Source of the DNA: Chiloscyllium plagiosum | Taxonomy: Eukaryota | Direction: 5' to 3' | DNA: 37,196 nt | NCBI RefSeq assembly: GCF_004010195.1 | Contig: NC_057718.1 | Span: 1,818,800-1,855,995 of the forward strand | In this document: positions 36,564-37,196 of the stretch, one piece after another | Position numbering within the stretch: position 1 is the first letter of the stretch | Layout of the letters: each line of letters starts with the position of its first letter | Made by a program: the position numbers and the translations under genes | Notes under the pieces: generated by a model | What the model was told of the DNA's origin: nothing | The model's input: only the letters and a program-made list of their open reading frames with translations | The model's database searches: none

Positions 36564-37196
36564 GTGGATATCGGACACTGTTCAACATGATCATCAGAGT
36601 GAGTATGGGATTATAACTTAAGCAAATGAGTGACTATACTGTGGTCCAACAATTGCACTTTCTCCCCAAATAAAACTCAATCATTGTAAATGTCCTGCCT
36701 TTGTTTGGATCACTAGCAGCAAGATTTCTAATCGTTGAGCATTTTAAATTGTTGGGTGGATTTTAAATTGTTTTCAGTTCTGCAAACACATTTAAATGCC
36801 AGTTCAACTTTTACAACGAAATCAAATACATCGATAAAAATAAGCTGTTCCCATCAGTTGGACAGTCTAGGGGTCTGAAATACCTTTTGAACATTTATTC
36901 TAATAGTTATAATGAATATCTGAGCATTATTTCTCTGAAGAATTTTAAAACTATTGACATGTTTTTCACCTCAATATTCACATCAAAAGTTATCATGTTG
37001 GTGGGGGGGAATGATGAAATAAATCACTCATTGTGCACATTTGAGACTCAAAGAGTTTATTATTGTTTTTCCAGCAAGCGACAGGTCTGTAGTCAGTTCA
37101 AACAATTCTCCCCTGCATGAAGGAATTCACTGTTTCATTGCATTTCCTGAGGCAAGCTCAGCGTGTTACTTTCTAATCACATAACCTCCTAACTGG

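Larger units (their letters stand above)
22010..37196 (+). pseudogene. Decayed TLR-like leucine-rich-repeat array, right (plus) arm
   Basis: LRR remnants: IPHLKLDILDLNNY (24066), HLKLDVLDSSNY (28240), LETLRILRI...VLFGLSNMYCVYLLN (30041), GLMVHDLSNNY (30899), TGLKAVRYFDV (31221), GDFQGLMN (31333), EFVEVRNNHI (32795), MNLSIN..LQHLPRQLFD (33598), AILDFRINSI (34406), SLLDIS..FPNIFQEF (35203), ELDS..IPHVAFHSNTH (36097), SLKNFKTIDM (~36932). Confidence 0.72.

Noticed and set aside
15916..37196. Endogenous virus or contaminant explanation for the AT-rich block
   Set aside because: No viral hallmark motifs or long ORFs were seen. Host SINE/LINE insertions with TSDs are embedded, and the remnants are LRR-like.

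Overview
Eukaryotic, repeat-dense DNA with five N-gaps. HE1-type V-SINEs, Deu-type SINEs, CR1, Tx1/L1 and Penelope-like elements point to a cartilaginous fish, probably a shark (inference). I found no intact host gene. Bases 1-15.4 kb are a pile of nested retroelements (a near full-length CR1, Tx1 fragments, Penelope GIY-YIG fragments with minimal hammerhead ribozymes) plus a 28-29 bp hairpin-forming satellite. Bases 15.9-37.2 kb are AT-rich and look empty in the ORF track. Reading through stops and frameshifts, however, shows an array of about 21 kb of decayed leucine-rich-repeat (LRR) coding sequence resembling Toll-like receptor ectodomains, partly TLR13/21/22-like. The array is built from shuffled, repeated modules in two divergent arms (minus 15.9-21.9 kb, plus 22.0-37.2 kb) and includes a young inverted duplication of about 3 kb. 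I could not identify a transmembrane or TIR domain. All alignments, identities and family assignments are by eye, and most boundaries are approximate.
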